Shown piece after piece: positions 1-11,965 of a DNA stretch of 64,000 nt. Origin of the DNA: Octopus sinensis (taxonomy: Eukaryota); NCBI RefSeq assembly GCF_006345805.1, contig NC_043009.1:65968001-66032000 (forward strand), in the 5' to 3' direction. Numbering within the stretch: the first letter of the stretch is position 1; the number at the start of each line of letters is the position of its first letter. A program made the translations under genes and the position numbers. The notes beneath the pieces were generated by a model. That model worked only from the letters and a program-made list of their open reading frames with translations, did not search any database and was not told where the DNA came from.

Positions 1-214
1 GAATATTCTAAGAAAAGCCAGTTTGGTATTTAAACTTATGATGATGTTGTAGGTAATGAAAGAATAAAAAATAAGCATAGAACTTCTATGTCACAACATT
101 TAGTTATCTAGCTATTCATGTATGCTAAAAGAATTTCAAAATATTATGCTTATTAGATTATAGGAAAGGCTGTTGTGATTAAGATGTTATTTACTATTGA
201 AATATTTAGATGCT

Positions 215-500
215 TTTCTATATTTATGGGAACTTTTCAATGTAAAACTGGTTCTACAATTTAATCATTTTAATTCTGAAGTAATTATATAATAATTTTC
301 TATAGGCAAAGATCACATTTAAAGTTAACAGTATTGTACAATGGAGCATAACTAATAAAGGGCCATTTTATATTGTGGTTAATGTTGCTGTCTTTCAAAT
401 CCCAAATGCATTTACTAAGATTCCTAAAACTACATTTCCTCCTAAACTTAAGCAAAGAAGAATGGTTATATTTAACAAGAACGATAACAACAGCAAGCAC
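215..500 (-). mobile_element. Penelope-like element, degenerate GIY-YIG endonuclease C-terminus
   Basis: Minus frame reads LSKCIWDLKDSNINHNIKW...YNTVNFKCDLCL, then broken KI..I..LN.R...K..HK. This resembles the PLE motif LSKYIWxLKD..I.W.I...A..Y.....C.LCL.EK..I..LNKR.E....CRH. Stops present. Confidence 0.75.
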
Positions 501-583
501 AGCAAATCACCAGCAAGATAAATACTAAATGGATCCTAATAAAAAATTTTCAAATGAATATAGGCCTTACATTTGAATCAAAC

Positions 584-640
584 TACCATATTTGTTGGCA
601 TACAAGACACTTTTTTAACAAAAAATTCACTTTGGTTCCT
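584..640. mobile_element. Tc1/mariner-type (Tc2/pogo-like) TIR remnant; related copies near 3666 and 4096
   Basis: TACCATATTTGTTGGCATACAAGACACTTTTT, near-identical to 3666-3700 (TACCATATTCGTGGCCATACAAGACACTTTTT). Resembles TACCGTATTTTTCGG..TATAAGACGCAC-type termini. Confidence 0.4.
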
Positions 641-722
641 CCTACTTACAAAGTTGGGTCTGTATTTCATAATTTAATGCAATGACAACATCTTTTCCTG
701 AATATGCGCTGCTGAAATTGGG

Positions 723-761
723 GTATCTTTTGTGCCCTCAAGTATCTTTTGTGCCCTCAAG
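723..761. repeat. 19-bp perfect tandem duplication
   Basis: GTATCTTTTGTGCCCTCAA x2. Confidence 0.95.
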
Positions 762-1230
762 TTCCTAAAAGAGATTTCCTCGAGAGATGAATAATTGGTT
801 CCTAAAGTAAGTTCAGATAAGAACTTGAAATGTTTGATTCACTCATACAACCATTTCACAGTGCCAACCTGGGCTGCAAATCCTCTGCGACAACTTTGGG
901 CCGATAAAAGCTTTGTTTGTGAGTGAATTTTTGGGAAAGAAATTGAAAAGAAACCTGTCGTGTGTGTGTGTTTGTTTCCACTTCTGCTCACTTGTTTCAG
1001 TCACATTGAATGGTGTTATTCTTGACACGTCTACAAATATCTTGTCTGTGGGTTTCATGTCTTTGAGATAATGCCGAATAAAAGATCCTTTATTTGAAAA
1101 CAGGAAAAGATTAACACCAGGAAGATCATCTCACCGTAAAACCAATGGCTTAATAATAATATATTTGTTCAATTCATAGTATCATGGAAAAAAGGCACAA
1201 AAACAAACAAATGAATATGTGTGTATATAT

Positions 1231-1510
1231 CATTATCATCACCATCCTCAATTAACATTTGTTTTCCATGCTGGTATGGGTAGGATGGTCTGACAGACAG
1301 GGAACTGGTGAACTGCAGGGTTGCATGGGGCTTCAATTTCATCTTTGACATGGGTTCTACAGCTGGATGCCCTTCCTAACACCAACCATTCCAAGAGTGT
1401 AACAGGTGCTTTTTATGTGCTACCAGCACAGGTATCACATCTACAATTTCCATTTGATTTTGCTCTCGACGTACTTGACTCAATAGGTCTCCTCAACCCT
1501 ATGATAAACA
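1231..1510 (-). mobile_element. RTE LINE 3' end (family A), 5'-truncated
   Basis: (CAT)n tail, TTTCCATGCTGG..TGGG and CTACAGCTGGATGCCCTTCCTAAC.CCAACCA core, matching the 3' UTR of the RTE at 19352-20508. Confidence 0.8.
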
Positions 1511-1514
1511 TATA

Positions 1515-1561
1515 TATATATGATCTCAGATCAGGTCACTTGCTATGCAAGTACATCTCCG

Positions 1562-1625
<64 letters not shown>

Positions 1626-2455
1626 GTTATGTGTGTATCTGTATATCTACATGTATGTATATATGTGTATATATTTTTATATATACTGTGTGCATGTCTA
1701 TATGTGTGTGCAACCACATATTTAAATGCTTCCCTCAGTAAAGAAGCACTTTATATAATAGCCCTGATGGAGCTGTAAAATGCCATATTGGAATTCAATT
1801 TGTGTATATTTCTACAGACAATCACACAAATATATTCAGATACATTTTTCCAGCTTACCAGTTCCAGTCAAAGCATCTGACCGATTCCAGCATGGAAAAT
1901 GGATGCTAAATGGTGACAGCGATATTTATTTATACACACATATACATCTATATTCATAGGTTTATACATGTACATCCATACATATTTAAATGTATTTATA
2001 CATATACATACATCAGTGTGTGTGTGCATGTGTGTGTATACATATGCCTATAAAGATGATATATATATCATACAATTCTCTGTATCTAAGTACAAATTCT
2101 CACATTAAATGAATTCAGGTGGAAAATTATGCTTGCATATATATATATGTGTATATGTATATACATATGCATGTATATGTATGTATATATATATATATAT
2201 GTGGGTGTGTGTATGTATATGTATATATGTATGTGTATGTATATATGTATGTATATATATATATATGTGTGTGTATATATATATGTAGATGAGTGTACAT
2301 GTGTGTGTGCATGAAGTAGCAAGATATATAATTCATATGTGCATGTATGTGTATGAAAGTGCTTATATGTGCGTGAGAGTGGTTGTATGTGAGAGTGTAT
2401 GTATGTGAGAGTACCTGTATGTGTGAGAGAGAGTACCTGTATGTGTGTGCATGTG
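1515..2455. repeat. Compound (TA)n/(TG)n/(TATG)n microsatellite region
   Basis: Directly visible; source of the YI/CV ORFs. Confidence 0.9.
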
Positions 2456-2765
2456 TAGTCCTTTAATTAGTGTCTGTGAGAATATAGAAGGAGTGTTGTT
2501 TCATGGATTTGCGGCAGCTGTTAGACCATGGCGTCCTTCATAATAAAGCAGCTCCACCAGCGATGGCACCGCCACCATCAGCCTCTTCACCATAAACCTA
2601 TCCACTTCGTTCAAAATCATCATCATCATCATCATCACTTCTCATAACTATAGCCACCTTCATCATCATCATCATCAACATTACCTCACACATCAGCTCT
2701 ACACATTAACATCATCATCATCATAATTATTATAATGCCAGACCAACAAAAATGTGTGTATATGA

Positions 2766-2945
2766 TACTAGAAATAGCAGCCAAATATCTCTCAAATTGC
2801 ACCCTAACGTCTTACTTAGAAAGGGACCCATTTGATAAATGTTGGCCAGGGTTACCTAAAGATGCAAGAGGATGACAGAATGCCACTGATCACAGATCCG
2901 TCCAATCAAGGCTGACTTGCTGTAAACAACAATAACAACAACAAA
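2766..2945 (+). mobile_element. Unclassified interspersed repeat (family E) with (AAC)n tail
   Basis: CTAGAAATAGCAGCCAAAT motif recurs in reverse orientation near 43820, 46880, 55395, 60485 and 63965. Confidence 0.5.
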
Positions 2946-3289
2946 AACCATAATACCATAAAGAGTACCTTAACCAACATGTACGACCACCACCACCACC
3001 ACCACAACTACCCCAGTCCCACCACAAGCACTCATGCAACAGCAGGAGCTAACTATATTCCAACCATTCCTACAAAATACAGAATTTATTTCACTTTTGT
3101 TCTTTTAACAAAATTTCAAAGCTTTTTAAAGATTAAATAAAAATATATTTTTCTTCTTTTTTTACAAAAAGAAATTGTTTGATGGGGAAAAAAAAACAAA
3201 ACAAAAATACAGCAAACAAAAAAATTGGTTTTTTTTTGCAGTTTTCAGTAGTTCTTGCCTTGCCCCAACTGTAACTAAAAACATCATTT

Positions 3290-3380
3290 TGATGATGATG
3301 ATGACGACGACGATGATGATCATCATCATCGTTATTATCAATTATCATTATTATTGTTATTCTTCTTCTTCTTCTTCTTC

Positions 3381-3412
<32 letters not shown>
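3290..3412. repeat. Compound (GAT)/(TCT)/(TAT) microsatellite
   Basis: Directly visible. Confidence 0.9.
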
Positions 3413-3414
<2 letters not shown>

Positions 3415-3815
3415 ATGAATAAAACATTTCTGCAGTTTCAGCATATCCTGTTTGAGGTGAGTGATGTTTCATTTCTATAAAACTACAACACAGATCATCG
3501 TCATCGTCGTTTTCGGTTGTCCTAGTTATTTATTATCGGTTGACGTAAACAATAAAGTAACGCACAGAAGATGCCGAGTGCCATTCTGTTGCATCTTCCC
3601 ATGTTCCAAGTTCAGTTCCTGCAAAGACCAACTTTGCCTTCTTCCTTCATTCTTCTCCATTCAGCTACCATATTCGTGGCCATACAAGACACTTTTTTTC
3701 AAAAAACTAAATACCAAACCAGTGCAAGGAGTGAAGACAATGCTTTGTTCCTACGCTGAAAAAATGTGTAACTCAGTTCAAGATTGAGAAATCTCTCTGC
3801 ACCACAGTGGAAGCA

Positions 3816-4036
3816 AATACCTATTTCTTTACTACCCACAAGGGGCTACACACAGAGAGGACAAATAAGGACAGACAAACGGATTAAGTCGATTATATCG
3901 ACACCAGTGTGTAACTGGTACTTAATTTATCAACCCTGAATGGATGAAAGGCAAAGTCGACATCGGCGGAATTTGAACTCAGAATGTACCAGCAGATGAA
4001 ATATGGCTATGCATTTCGCCCAGCATGCTAACGTCC
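3816..4036 (-). mobile_element. tRNA-headed SINE (family C)
   Basis: Minus strand has B-box-like GAGTTCAAATTCC and GTCGACTTTGCCTTTCATCC core. Copies at 44972-45200, 53203-53880, 56330-56622 and 58315-58490. Confidence 0.75.
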
Positions 4037-4240
4037 GCAAATACGGACATCAACTCTATTGTATACTACAGCCTAAGTACAATATATTGCCTGGGTACCG
4101 TATTTCTCAGCATACAAACCAAAGTTTTCGGACCCAAATTTGCAGCTAATAAACATTGGTCAACTTTATATAACCAATAAGATTCTGGAAGTCCAAAAAT
4201 TCCAAGTGAAATGCAGCAGGATTTGGAACGAAAGGGACAA

Positions 4241-4405
4241 TTAGGAAATTACTATTTTTAAATCTCACAACAAGAAATATTCAGCAAAAGTACTTTGGAG
4301 TAAAGATTGTTTGCCAACATAACATGGCAGTCCTGGTTTAGGACAAATGTTGCTGTAATTTAGCCCCAGGATGCATCGTCTCCAGATGGTTGTACGACAC
4401 TATAC
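4241..4405. repeat. Interspersed repeat (family H), copy 1
   Basis: About 165 bp, highly similar to 13680-13845 (GTAAAGATTGTTTGCCAACATAACATGGCAGTCCTGGTTTAGG). Its first 30 bp recur at 14348-14377. Confidence 0.8.
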
Positions 4406-4440
4406 ATATACATATATACATAACATATATATATATACAT

Positions 4441-4469
<29 letters not shown>

Positions 4470-4474
<5 letters not shown>

Positions 4475-4655
4475 CCATGATAGATCGCTAGCCACTAAAC
4501 CTTTTTGCATTTTCTCTCCCAGTTTATTTCCTCAAGTTCCTTTCTGTTGAAAAGCGAAGGCTCAAAACATAAAAGACTTTCTCACTAATACATCTGTTTG
4601 TTCTTTACACACCCGTTTTCATCTTTTGTTTCATTTGCAAATTCCAACTATATAT
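4470..4655 (+). mobile_element. TA-embedded short element (family I), 3' half, with hammerhead-like remnant
   Basis: Homologous to the reverse complement of 38410-38610; flanked by (TA)n. Confidence 0.65.
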
Positions 4656-4747
4656 GATGCTTCTTTCAGTTTCCATCTACCAAATCCACTCACAAGGCTT
4701 TGGTCAGCCATAGGCTATAATTGAAGACACTTGCTCAAGGTGCCACA

Positions 4748-5242
4748 ATCATCATTTAATGTCCATTGTACATGCCATATGGGTTGGACAGTTTGATCAA
4801 AGCTGGCTAGCTGGGTAGCTGTACCAGACTCTTTTCTGGTTTGGCATGATTTCTACAGGTGGATGCCATTCCTCACGCCAACCACTTTACAGAATGTCGT
4901 GGGTGCTTTTATATAGCACTGCATGGGCACATATACGTGGTATCAGACTTTTACTAATTTTGAAATTAAAGTAAATTCAAGTGGGACAACACTCTGATGA
5001 AGTATACCCCCGACTGTTCTGATGCCAGGCCCGCCTGACTGGTTCCTGTGCCAGTGGCACATAAAAAGCACCCACTACACTCTTAGAGTGGTTGGCATTA
5101 GGAAGGGCATCCGGCTGTAGAAATCTTGCCAGATCAGATTGGGGTCTGGTGCAGCCTCTTGGCTTGCCAGTCCTCAGTCAAACCATCCAACCCATGCCAG
5201 CATGGAAAATGGATGCTAAACAATGATGATGATGATGATGAT
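4748..5242. mobile_element. Two family A (RTE 3' end) copies head-to-head: 4748-4930 (-) and 5015-5242 (+)
   Basis: (CAT)n tail at the left end, (GAT)n tail at the right end, family A core in each half. Confidence 0.8.
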
Positions 5243-5879
5243 TGGATGCAGGACAACATAGTCATGTGGATTGGCTCAATGGGGGTGGGGCATAAAACCA
5301 AACAGCTCAGTAGAAGCAGAGGCCCCTTCTTCATTTCGGTGGTGCCACAGTTTAGAATCTATTAGAGTGATTTTTGATATTGTGGTGTTTGTTTGATTTT
5401 CACTGGAACACACAGCAACAACAACAACAATAGTATTAAACAAGAGAAACAAGAAACAATAGCAACAATGACAAGAACCTGTACAATGAGCAAACCTATG
5501 ACAATAGCAACAGACAGCAAGAACAATAACACCAACAACTAGCAATCACAACCACAGCTAAACAAATGCAACAACGACAACAGTTAGTCTAGTTATGATA
5601 CAACAGCAGCAATAACAACAACACAGTCGACAGTTAAAACACCACCTCTGACATTAATGTCACATTAAATTAGGAAGATTTTTGCTAAATAAAAATAATT
5701 AAATAAAAGTTGAGGTTGGCATGGGTGGAGTGGGGAGAGACAAAAGGGGAGGAAATGATATAACAGTGACACAAGCACATACATACATATATGTAATATG
5801 TAGGCACACTAACACACAGAAATACACACACCCACACACCCACACACACTCACATGTGTTCATGTGTGTATGCGCGTGT

Positions 5880-5917
<38 letters not shown>

Positions 5918-6504
5918 AAACAGCCTTTCAAATAGAAATGCTTACATATTTACACAGACAGACAAACAGACAGACATGCATGCATACTCAAAGCATACAA
6001 ATGAGATAAACAAAGGAAGTTTAAAAAAAAAAAAAACTTTATATTTTGTTGTGGGTGAGGGGACGAATGGCCAAGAGGAGTTCAAATCCTGCCAAGGTCG
6101 CCTTTGATTTCTCATCCTCCAGCGGTCAACAAAAAGTTACATCAATAAAATAATGAAATTAATTTAAAGCCGTCACTGCTTCCAACAAACATTTCTGGTC
6201 TTGGACCAATGTAAATAGACATAATTTTTTGGCAAAAGTTAGTATCTGCAGTATTGATTCAGGTTCTTTACATTCTGAGTTCAAATCCTGTTGAAGTCAT
6301 CCTTTTGGGACAGAATAAAATTGAGTAACAGTTTAAAGGGAAACACTAGCAAAATCAGTAGAGCATCAACCAAGATGTGCTGTGTTAATCTTGCTCTGTC
6401 TGGGGAATCCATTTATCCACTCTGCAGCAAGATACTTATCCTCGAGTCCTCTTTAATCTTTAATCTCTTGACTGGCAAAAAGCCCAGTCTGCTTCCCCCC
6501 CTCC

Positions 6505-6745
6505 CAGCTGAGGAGTTTTGTCTTGCAAGTTGCTTGGTGACGCCTGTCAGTTCTGGTACTACATAAATGGCACCCAGTACACTTTGCAAAGTGGTTGGCA
6601 TTGGGAAGGGCATCCAACTGTAGAATCATGTCAAAGCAGACCATGGAACCTGGCACAGTTCTTGGCCTTAACCATTCCTGTCAAACCATCAAACCATCCA
6701 ATCCATGCCATCATGGAAAATAAACTTTAAATAAGGATGATAATT
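6505..6745 (+). mobile_element. Family A RTE 3' end, diverged subfamily
   Basis: GTGGTTGGCATT.GGAAGGGCATCCA core. Upstream TTTTGTCTTGCAAGTT.CTTG is shared with 24285. Confidence 0.7.
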
Positions 6746-7099
6746 ATTATTATTTTGAATTCTAATCCTACCATGGCCTACATCAATGATAAACTAAATC
6801 TATCACCTCGGCTAGCATAACCAATTGATTTTTAGGCTTTATTTGTAAAGTTGATTCCATTGCAAAGGTTTGGACCAAGTCCCTGGTTAGAGGATGCCTT
6901 CTTTTTCCCATCCCAGTATCTCAGAGGTCCCTGAATGACAATCATGACAAAGCCTTTCCAATAGAGCAGTCATGAGCAAATGGTGATCCATGCAATTTTC
7001 TGAATGGCATACCTAACGGAAAATTACTTTGAATTTCTTTCTAGTGGTGCAACCTGCCTAATAATGAACCATGTCTGAGGAAGCCTGCTTCTTGAAAAA

Positions 7100-7300
7100 G
7101 GTTGACATCCCTGATCTAGAGTACCTGATAAAAACAATGTGTGCAGTCCCTAGTGAAGCCATTTTGGGAATACGAGGCATATTTTCAATTCCTTGGCTTT
7201 TGGATATGTATTTGTCAACATCATTCCCAAGATACCAATTGCTATACAGATTGGTTCTATTCTCAATCCATATACCATTATTAGTAAGTGAAAGAGTAGC
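7100..7300 (-). mobile_element. R4/Dong-like non-LTR element, C-terminal relic
   Basis: Minus frame YLGNDVDKYISKSQGI..IPKMASLGTAHIV resembles the QKxxLLGTAHILR terminus and the end of the 56676-58308 element. Confidence 0.55.
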
Positions 7301-7759
7301 ACATGCCATTAAACTGATGTGGGGTACAAGTATACGAAGCCCAATATACCCATCATGACTACCCTCAGATAAGGGTACACCAGGAGCATGCATCACAACC
7401 ATATGTGCATGATATAGTGACCTCATATCAAGACAAACAGTTCATGACCTTGCAGGTGGGGGCCTAGTCAGAATTTTCTTCAGGCCTAGCAGCCCATCCC
7501 ACTCATAAGGTCCCTGAATAAGAGTTAAGGATGATGAGCAAAACACCCTTGTTTCCAGAGGTGAATTATTCAAACCCGAAAGTTCTCTCAACACATAGCT
7601 ATGATGCTCTTCCACTACCCCTGCTTGTGACCAGAGATGCACATATCGTCAGCCACTAAGAGACATGCTCAACTGGTTAACACCTGATCGGTCAGTTACA
7701 ACAGGATGCATCCTCATCTTCTCCCACATGATGTCCTTGGTCATCGTCAACAACAACAC

Positions 7760-8090
7760 ATTAATTTACAATGGACAGATAGGTGTCTTCATCTTGTTTG
7801 AAGTTGCCACAATGTTCTGGCTGAAGTACTCTCCAGCCTTCATCAGGTGTTCTGATGGAATTTCAAACCCAGCCCAGTATTTGACTAAGATTTTTTCTTT
7901 TTCTTTTGATAATGTCATTTTTTGTATACCTTACGAATGAGAACAGAGCACCTCATTAGTCAAATAAAGAATTGGGTTCAAAATTCCACTAGAACACCTG
8001 ATAAAGGCTGGAGAGTACATCATCCGAAACGTGGTAACAACAAACAAGGTGGAAACACCTATCCGTCCATTGTAAATAATGTACATAATT
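7760..8090. mobile_element. Inverted pair of family J short elements (7760-7890 -, 7925-8090 +) carrying hammerhead-like cores
   Basis: About 125-bp arms are diverged reverse complements; both are homologous to 59548-59695. Confidence 0.8.
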
Positions 8091-8572
8091 CCCCATCTCA
8101 GAAATATAGACAAGTATTAACTAATAAATGCAATCTAACATACATTGAACCACACCATAATTCCCACATTTGCACCTCGTTAACAATTCTGAACAAAGAT
8201 AATAGTTTAATAAAGAAAGAAGACAGCAAAGGACCACTGATGAGGTCACAGAAGTGTGACAAAAGAACTCTGGTTGAAATACAATTTATGTAAAATAAAG
8301 CTGAAGCAGGTGAACACCAAATATATATATAGTCTGTGTGTGTGTGTTCATTGGCTAAACTGGCAACATGACCATCCCCAAATACAACAATAGTTTAATA
8401 ACAGCTTAAACAATAAACATTTATCAATTATGTGTTCATCCTTTTGTGTTGAAAGAAAAAATGCTTTGAAAGTACAATGTGCTTATAGGTAAGTCTGTTT
8501 GACCTCAAGACATATTTTGACCACTTGTGCCTTATATCTGTGTGTGTGTGTGCGCGCGCGCATGTGCGTGCA

Positions 8573-9235
8573 CATCATCATCATCATCATCATCATTTAA
8601 CATCTGTTTTCCATGTTATCATTGGTTGGATGGTTCGACTGGGATCTTCGAAGCCAGGAGGCTGCACCAGGCTCCAGTCTGGTCTGGTCTGGTAGTGTTT
8701 CTACAGCTGGATGCCCTTCCTAACGCCAACCACTAAGCGAGTGTAATGGGTGCTTTTTATGTGCCAACAGCACAGGTGCCAGAGGAGGCTGGCAACGGCC
8801 ATGATCAGTTGGTGCTTTTTACATGCTACCAGCACAGAAGCCAGTCAAGGCGGTACTAATATTGGCCACGTTTGGATGGTGCTTTCTATGTGCCACCAGC
8901 ACAGGGATCACAACTACAATTTCCATTTGATTTTCATTTTGATGTTGATGTACTTAACTCAATAGGTCTCCTCAAGCACAGCATGTCACCCTATGATCCA
9001 AGGTACTTTTGAATGGGCTGGGGCTGGCTATGCGAAACTGGTGTAGGATACAGTCGTGAACTGACTTTATTTGCTGGGTCTTCGCAGTCACAGCATATCT
9101 CCAGAGGTCTCAGTCTTTCGTCATTGACTCTGTGAGACCCAATGTTCGATGGTCATGTTTCACCACCTCATCCCATGTCTGCCTGGGTCTACCTCTACCC
9201 CAGATTCCTTCAACTGTTTGGGAGTGGCACACTTC
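8573..9235 (-). mobile_element. RTE LINE, 5'-truncated (ORF end + 3' UTR + (GAT)n tail)
   Basis: Minus frame CHSQTVEGIWGRGRPRQTWDEVVKHDHRTLGLTESMTKD*DLWRYAV, followed by family A 3' UTR and tail. Confidence 0.9.
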
Positions 9236-9929
9236 TCAGAAAAATATTGTTAGCTTTCATGAAAACACACACAAGAAAAAAAAAAAAAGGACACTATTTA
9301 AGCCAGTATTATATAGTATCGATTCCCCCAAACTATGAAGATTAAAACTTATAACGAGGCCAGATATAGTACATTTTTATGTATCCTGACCACCCAGCCA
9401 GACACAGTACTCCAGAGAAACCCAGTTAGTAGAAAGAACACTGCAATAAACAAACACATCAAAGAAACATTTAGTAAAAGCCAGATTACTAAGTTCAATT
9501 ACTAAAACAACCGAATACTAAACCAGCCAAACAGTTGTACTAAATTTTGTATAATAAACGTCCGTGTTCACTATAGTCGATACTAAAAACAAGCAAAGCT
9601 GCTTACCATAAATTTTATCACCTCATTGTTCTTTTTCGTCTCTATTTCAATAATCGATAATTTAATATAAATTGTAATATAATTGTATAATTGGAACAAG
9701 ATCAGCAAACAAGTTGAATGCTTCAAATTTGTTAAGAAACAACATTTAGGCAACAACAAATATTATTGAGGAGGTGTTGAGAGGTCCGTATTTTATCCAA
9801 TGGTGGCCATGTAGCGTTTTGGCTTTTGGCAGGAAATCAAAATATGTATTTACAATTATATAATAACAACTTACTAGAATCTTTACTGAAGTTCCTTCCA
9901 GAAGCTATTTAGCTTTTATGTAGCCATTA

Positions 9930-10590
9930 TAGAAAAGCAGTTAGTATGCAAATCAAAATATTATTGAGTATCCAACTTGTACAATGCCGACAGCAAACAA
10001 ACATAAATAATGACTAATCACACAATTCTTCAAAATTTGAGAAAACTAAACAAAGGTGAAGAGTCTATCTTTTAAGAATTAAAAAAAAAAAAAAGACTGC
10101 CAAATTGAGAGTCATTACAGCAAATTAATGAGAAACTTAAAAAACAATTTACACTCATTACACCACAGAAAAAAAAATACGTTAGACAGGAGAAGACTTT
10201 AAATGTAGAACAATCCAGGAACTGGCTCTGAAGAGTTCTGTGATCTTATGAACAAGTTCTCAGGAACTGATGATTAAAATTACTTTCGTGGGTAGAATCC
10301 ACAGAGAGGATTAACTTTCTGAATATCTTAATATTTCAACTGAGAGGCAAATATGAAGCTTTAGGCAAAATAATAAATACTGGAATCCTTGCATCATTCT
10401 AATTACCATTCCACAACGGGCATTTTGAACTGGCCATGATGCATACGTGCATATATATATATAGGTATACGTTCGTATATGTAAGTATTCGTATGTTGTA
10501 TTTATATATATATGTATTTATGTTTATCTTCTGTGTGTATTCTACTGATGAGGCAAAGCATTCCTAAATGCAAAGTCAGAAATCCAGATC
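9930..10590 (+). mobile_element. Heavily degraded Penelope-like relic (RT/thumb-like remnants) ending in a hammerhead-like motif
   Basis: Broken MNKF..IKFT, FLNILI and NTG.LHH.SYH-like stretches at 10250-10420; CTGATGA motif at 10545-10551. No continuous frame. Confidence 0.35.
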
Positions 10591-10831
10591 TAAAATTATC
10601 CAGTAATTTTTTACTAGTTTCATCTTTCTCTTTGTTTTCTCTCTGTGTTGATATATGGACAATTTAGGTGGTTTTAAAGTCAGATCATGGCTGCTATTTT
10701 CAGCATGGTGGTATCTCGTAGATACCCAAATTTATAATTTTAATAATTATTACCTTTGAAGGTTATTTTTTTCCATGCTGACCACTTGATAAAATCGTTA
10801 TTTTATTTTTAATTTAACGAACTTATCCTTA

Positions 10832-10882
<51 letters not shown>

Positions 10883-11030
10883 GCACACACACACACACAC
10901 CCTTTCAAATGTGTTGGTGGATCCATGAAAAGTAACCAAAATTTCATTCTCCAATGGAATACGCATCTAGCAAACCTTTTCTACCCTCTTGTGCTAATTT
11001 GTACATGTTCGTTCTGAATTATGCCCTCTC

Positions 11031-11345
11031 CATCATCATCATTTAATATCTGTTGTCCATGCTGGCATGGGTTGGACAGTCTGACTGGGCTGGCATGCTG
11101 GAAGGCTGCACCAGACTCCAGTCTGATTTGGCATGGTTTTCTACAGCTGGATGCCCTTCTTAATGCCAACCACTCCAAGAGTGTAACGGGTGCTTTTACG
11201 TGCCACTGGCACAGGTGCCATTTGCGTGACACCGGAGTGTGTTTACGTGCCAATTTGCATGACACCGGTAACTGCCACAACTGCGATTTTCCTCAGCTTG
11301 ATGGGTCTTCTTCACAAGCACAACATAATGCCAAAGGTTTTGGTC
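11031..11345 (-). mobile_element. Family A RTE 3' end
   Basis: (CAT)n tail plus family A core; upstream body shared with 45213-45485. Confidence 0.85.
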
Positions 11346-11694
11346 ATTAATTATAATTTGATAAAATAGCAAGGCTTCAAATGGCAACAATGTATGTGTA
11401 CCCATTCTTTGGTAGTTCCTCAGAAAATGGCACCATCCTGGTAACATTTCTCAGTTTGGAAAGTTTAATACAAGAATTAATACTCAGCTGTAGCTTTACT
11501 AATCAAAATATTTCAGCCTTTTTAAGGATTGGCTCACAAGCCAATATAAACACACCATAATCTACATGATGTCACAACATCATCTTGTAAAGACAAGTGA
11601 CATGTTGCCCTCACAATCATGGGATTGTGGTTTCTATTCCAAGACTGGCAGCACATTGTGTTCTTGAGCAACACTTCATTTCACACTGTTTCAG

Positions 11695-11965
11695 TCATCA
11701 TCAAGCATCTGTTTTCTATGCTGGCATGGATTGGATGGGTTGACTAGATCTGGCAAGCCACAGGGCCGTGCCAAGCCCCACTCGCAGTTTTGGCATGGTT
11801 TCCATGGCTGGATGCCTTTCCTAAGGCCAACCACCTTACAGAATGCACTGGATGCATTTTGTTTTGTGCTACTGGCACTAATGAGGCTGCTTTTCAAACT
11901 GTGAGCTCCTTGTCAAACCGTCCAACCCATGCCAGCATGGAAAACTGACATTAAATGATGATGAT
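11695..11965. mobile_element. Head-to-head family A doublet: 11695-11875 (-) and 11880-11965 (+), directly after a tRNA-SINE fragment (11600-11694)
   Basis: Tails point outward on both ends. The preceding GTGTTCTTGAGCAACACTT is the SINE core seen in family D. Confidence 0.75.

Noticed and set aside
560-700. KKVSCMP as the Penelope KVSYSCMP motif, and a 48-nt minus-strand exon at 650-697
   Set aside because: The same nucleotides recur at 3666 as a TIR-like DNA repeat, so the peptide match is likely coincidental. The exon has no other support.
2500-2600. 30-codon small ORF MDLRQLLDHGVLHNKAAPPAMAPPPSASSP in a unique island
   Set aside because: It is too short to distinguish from chance, with no homology or splice support visible.
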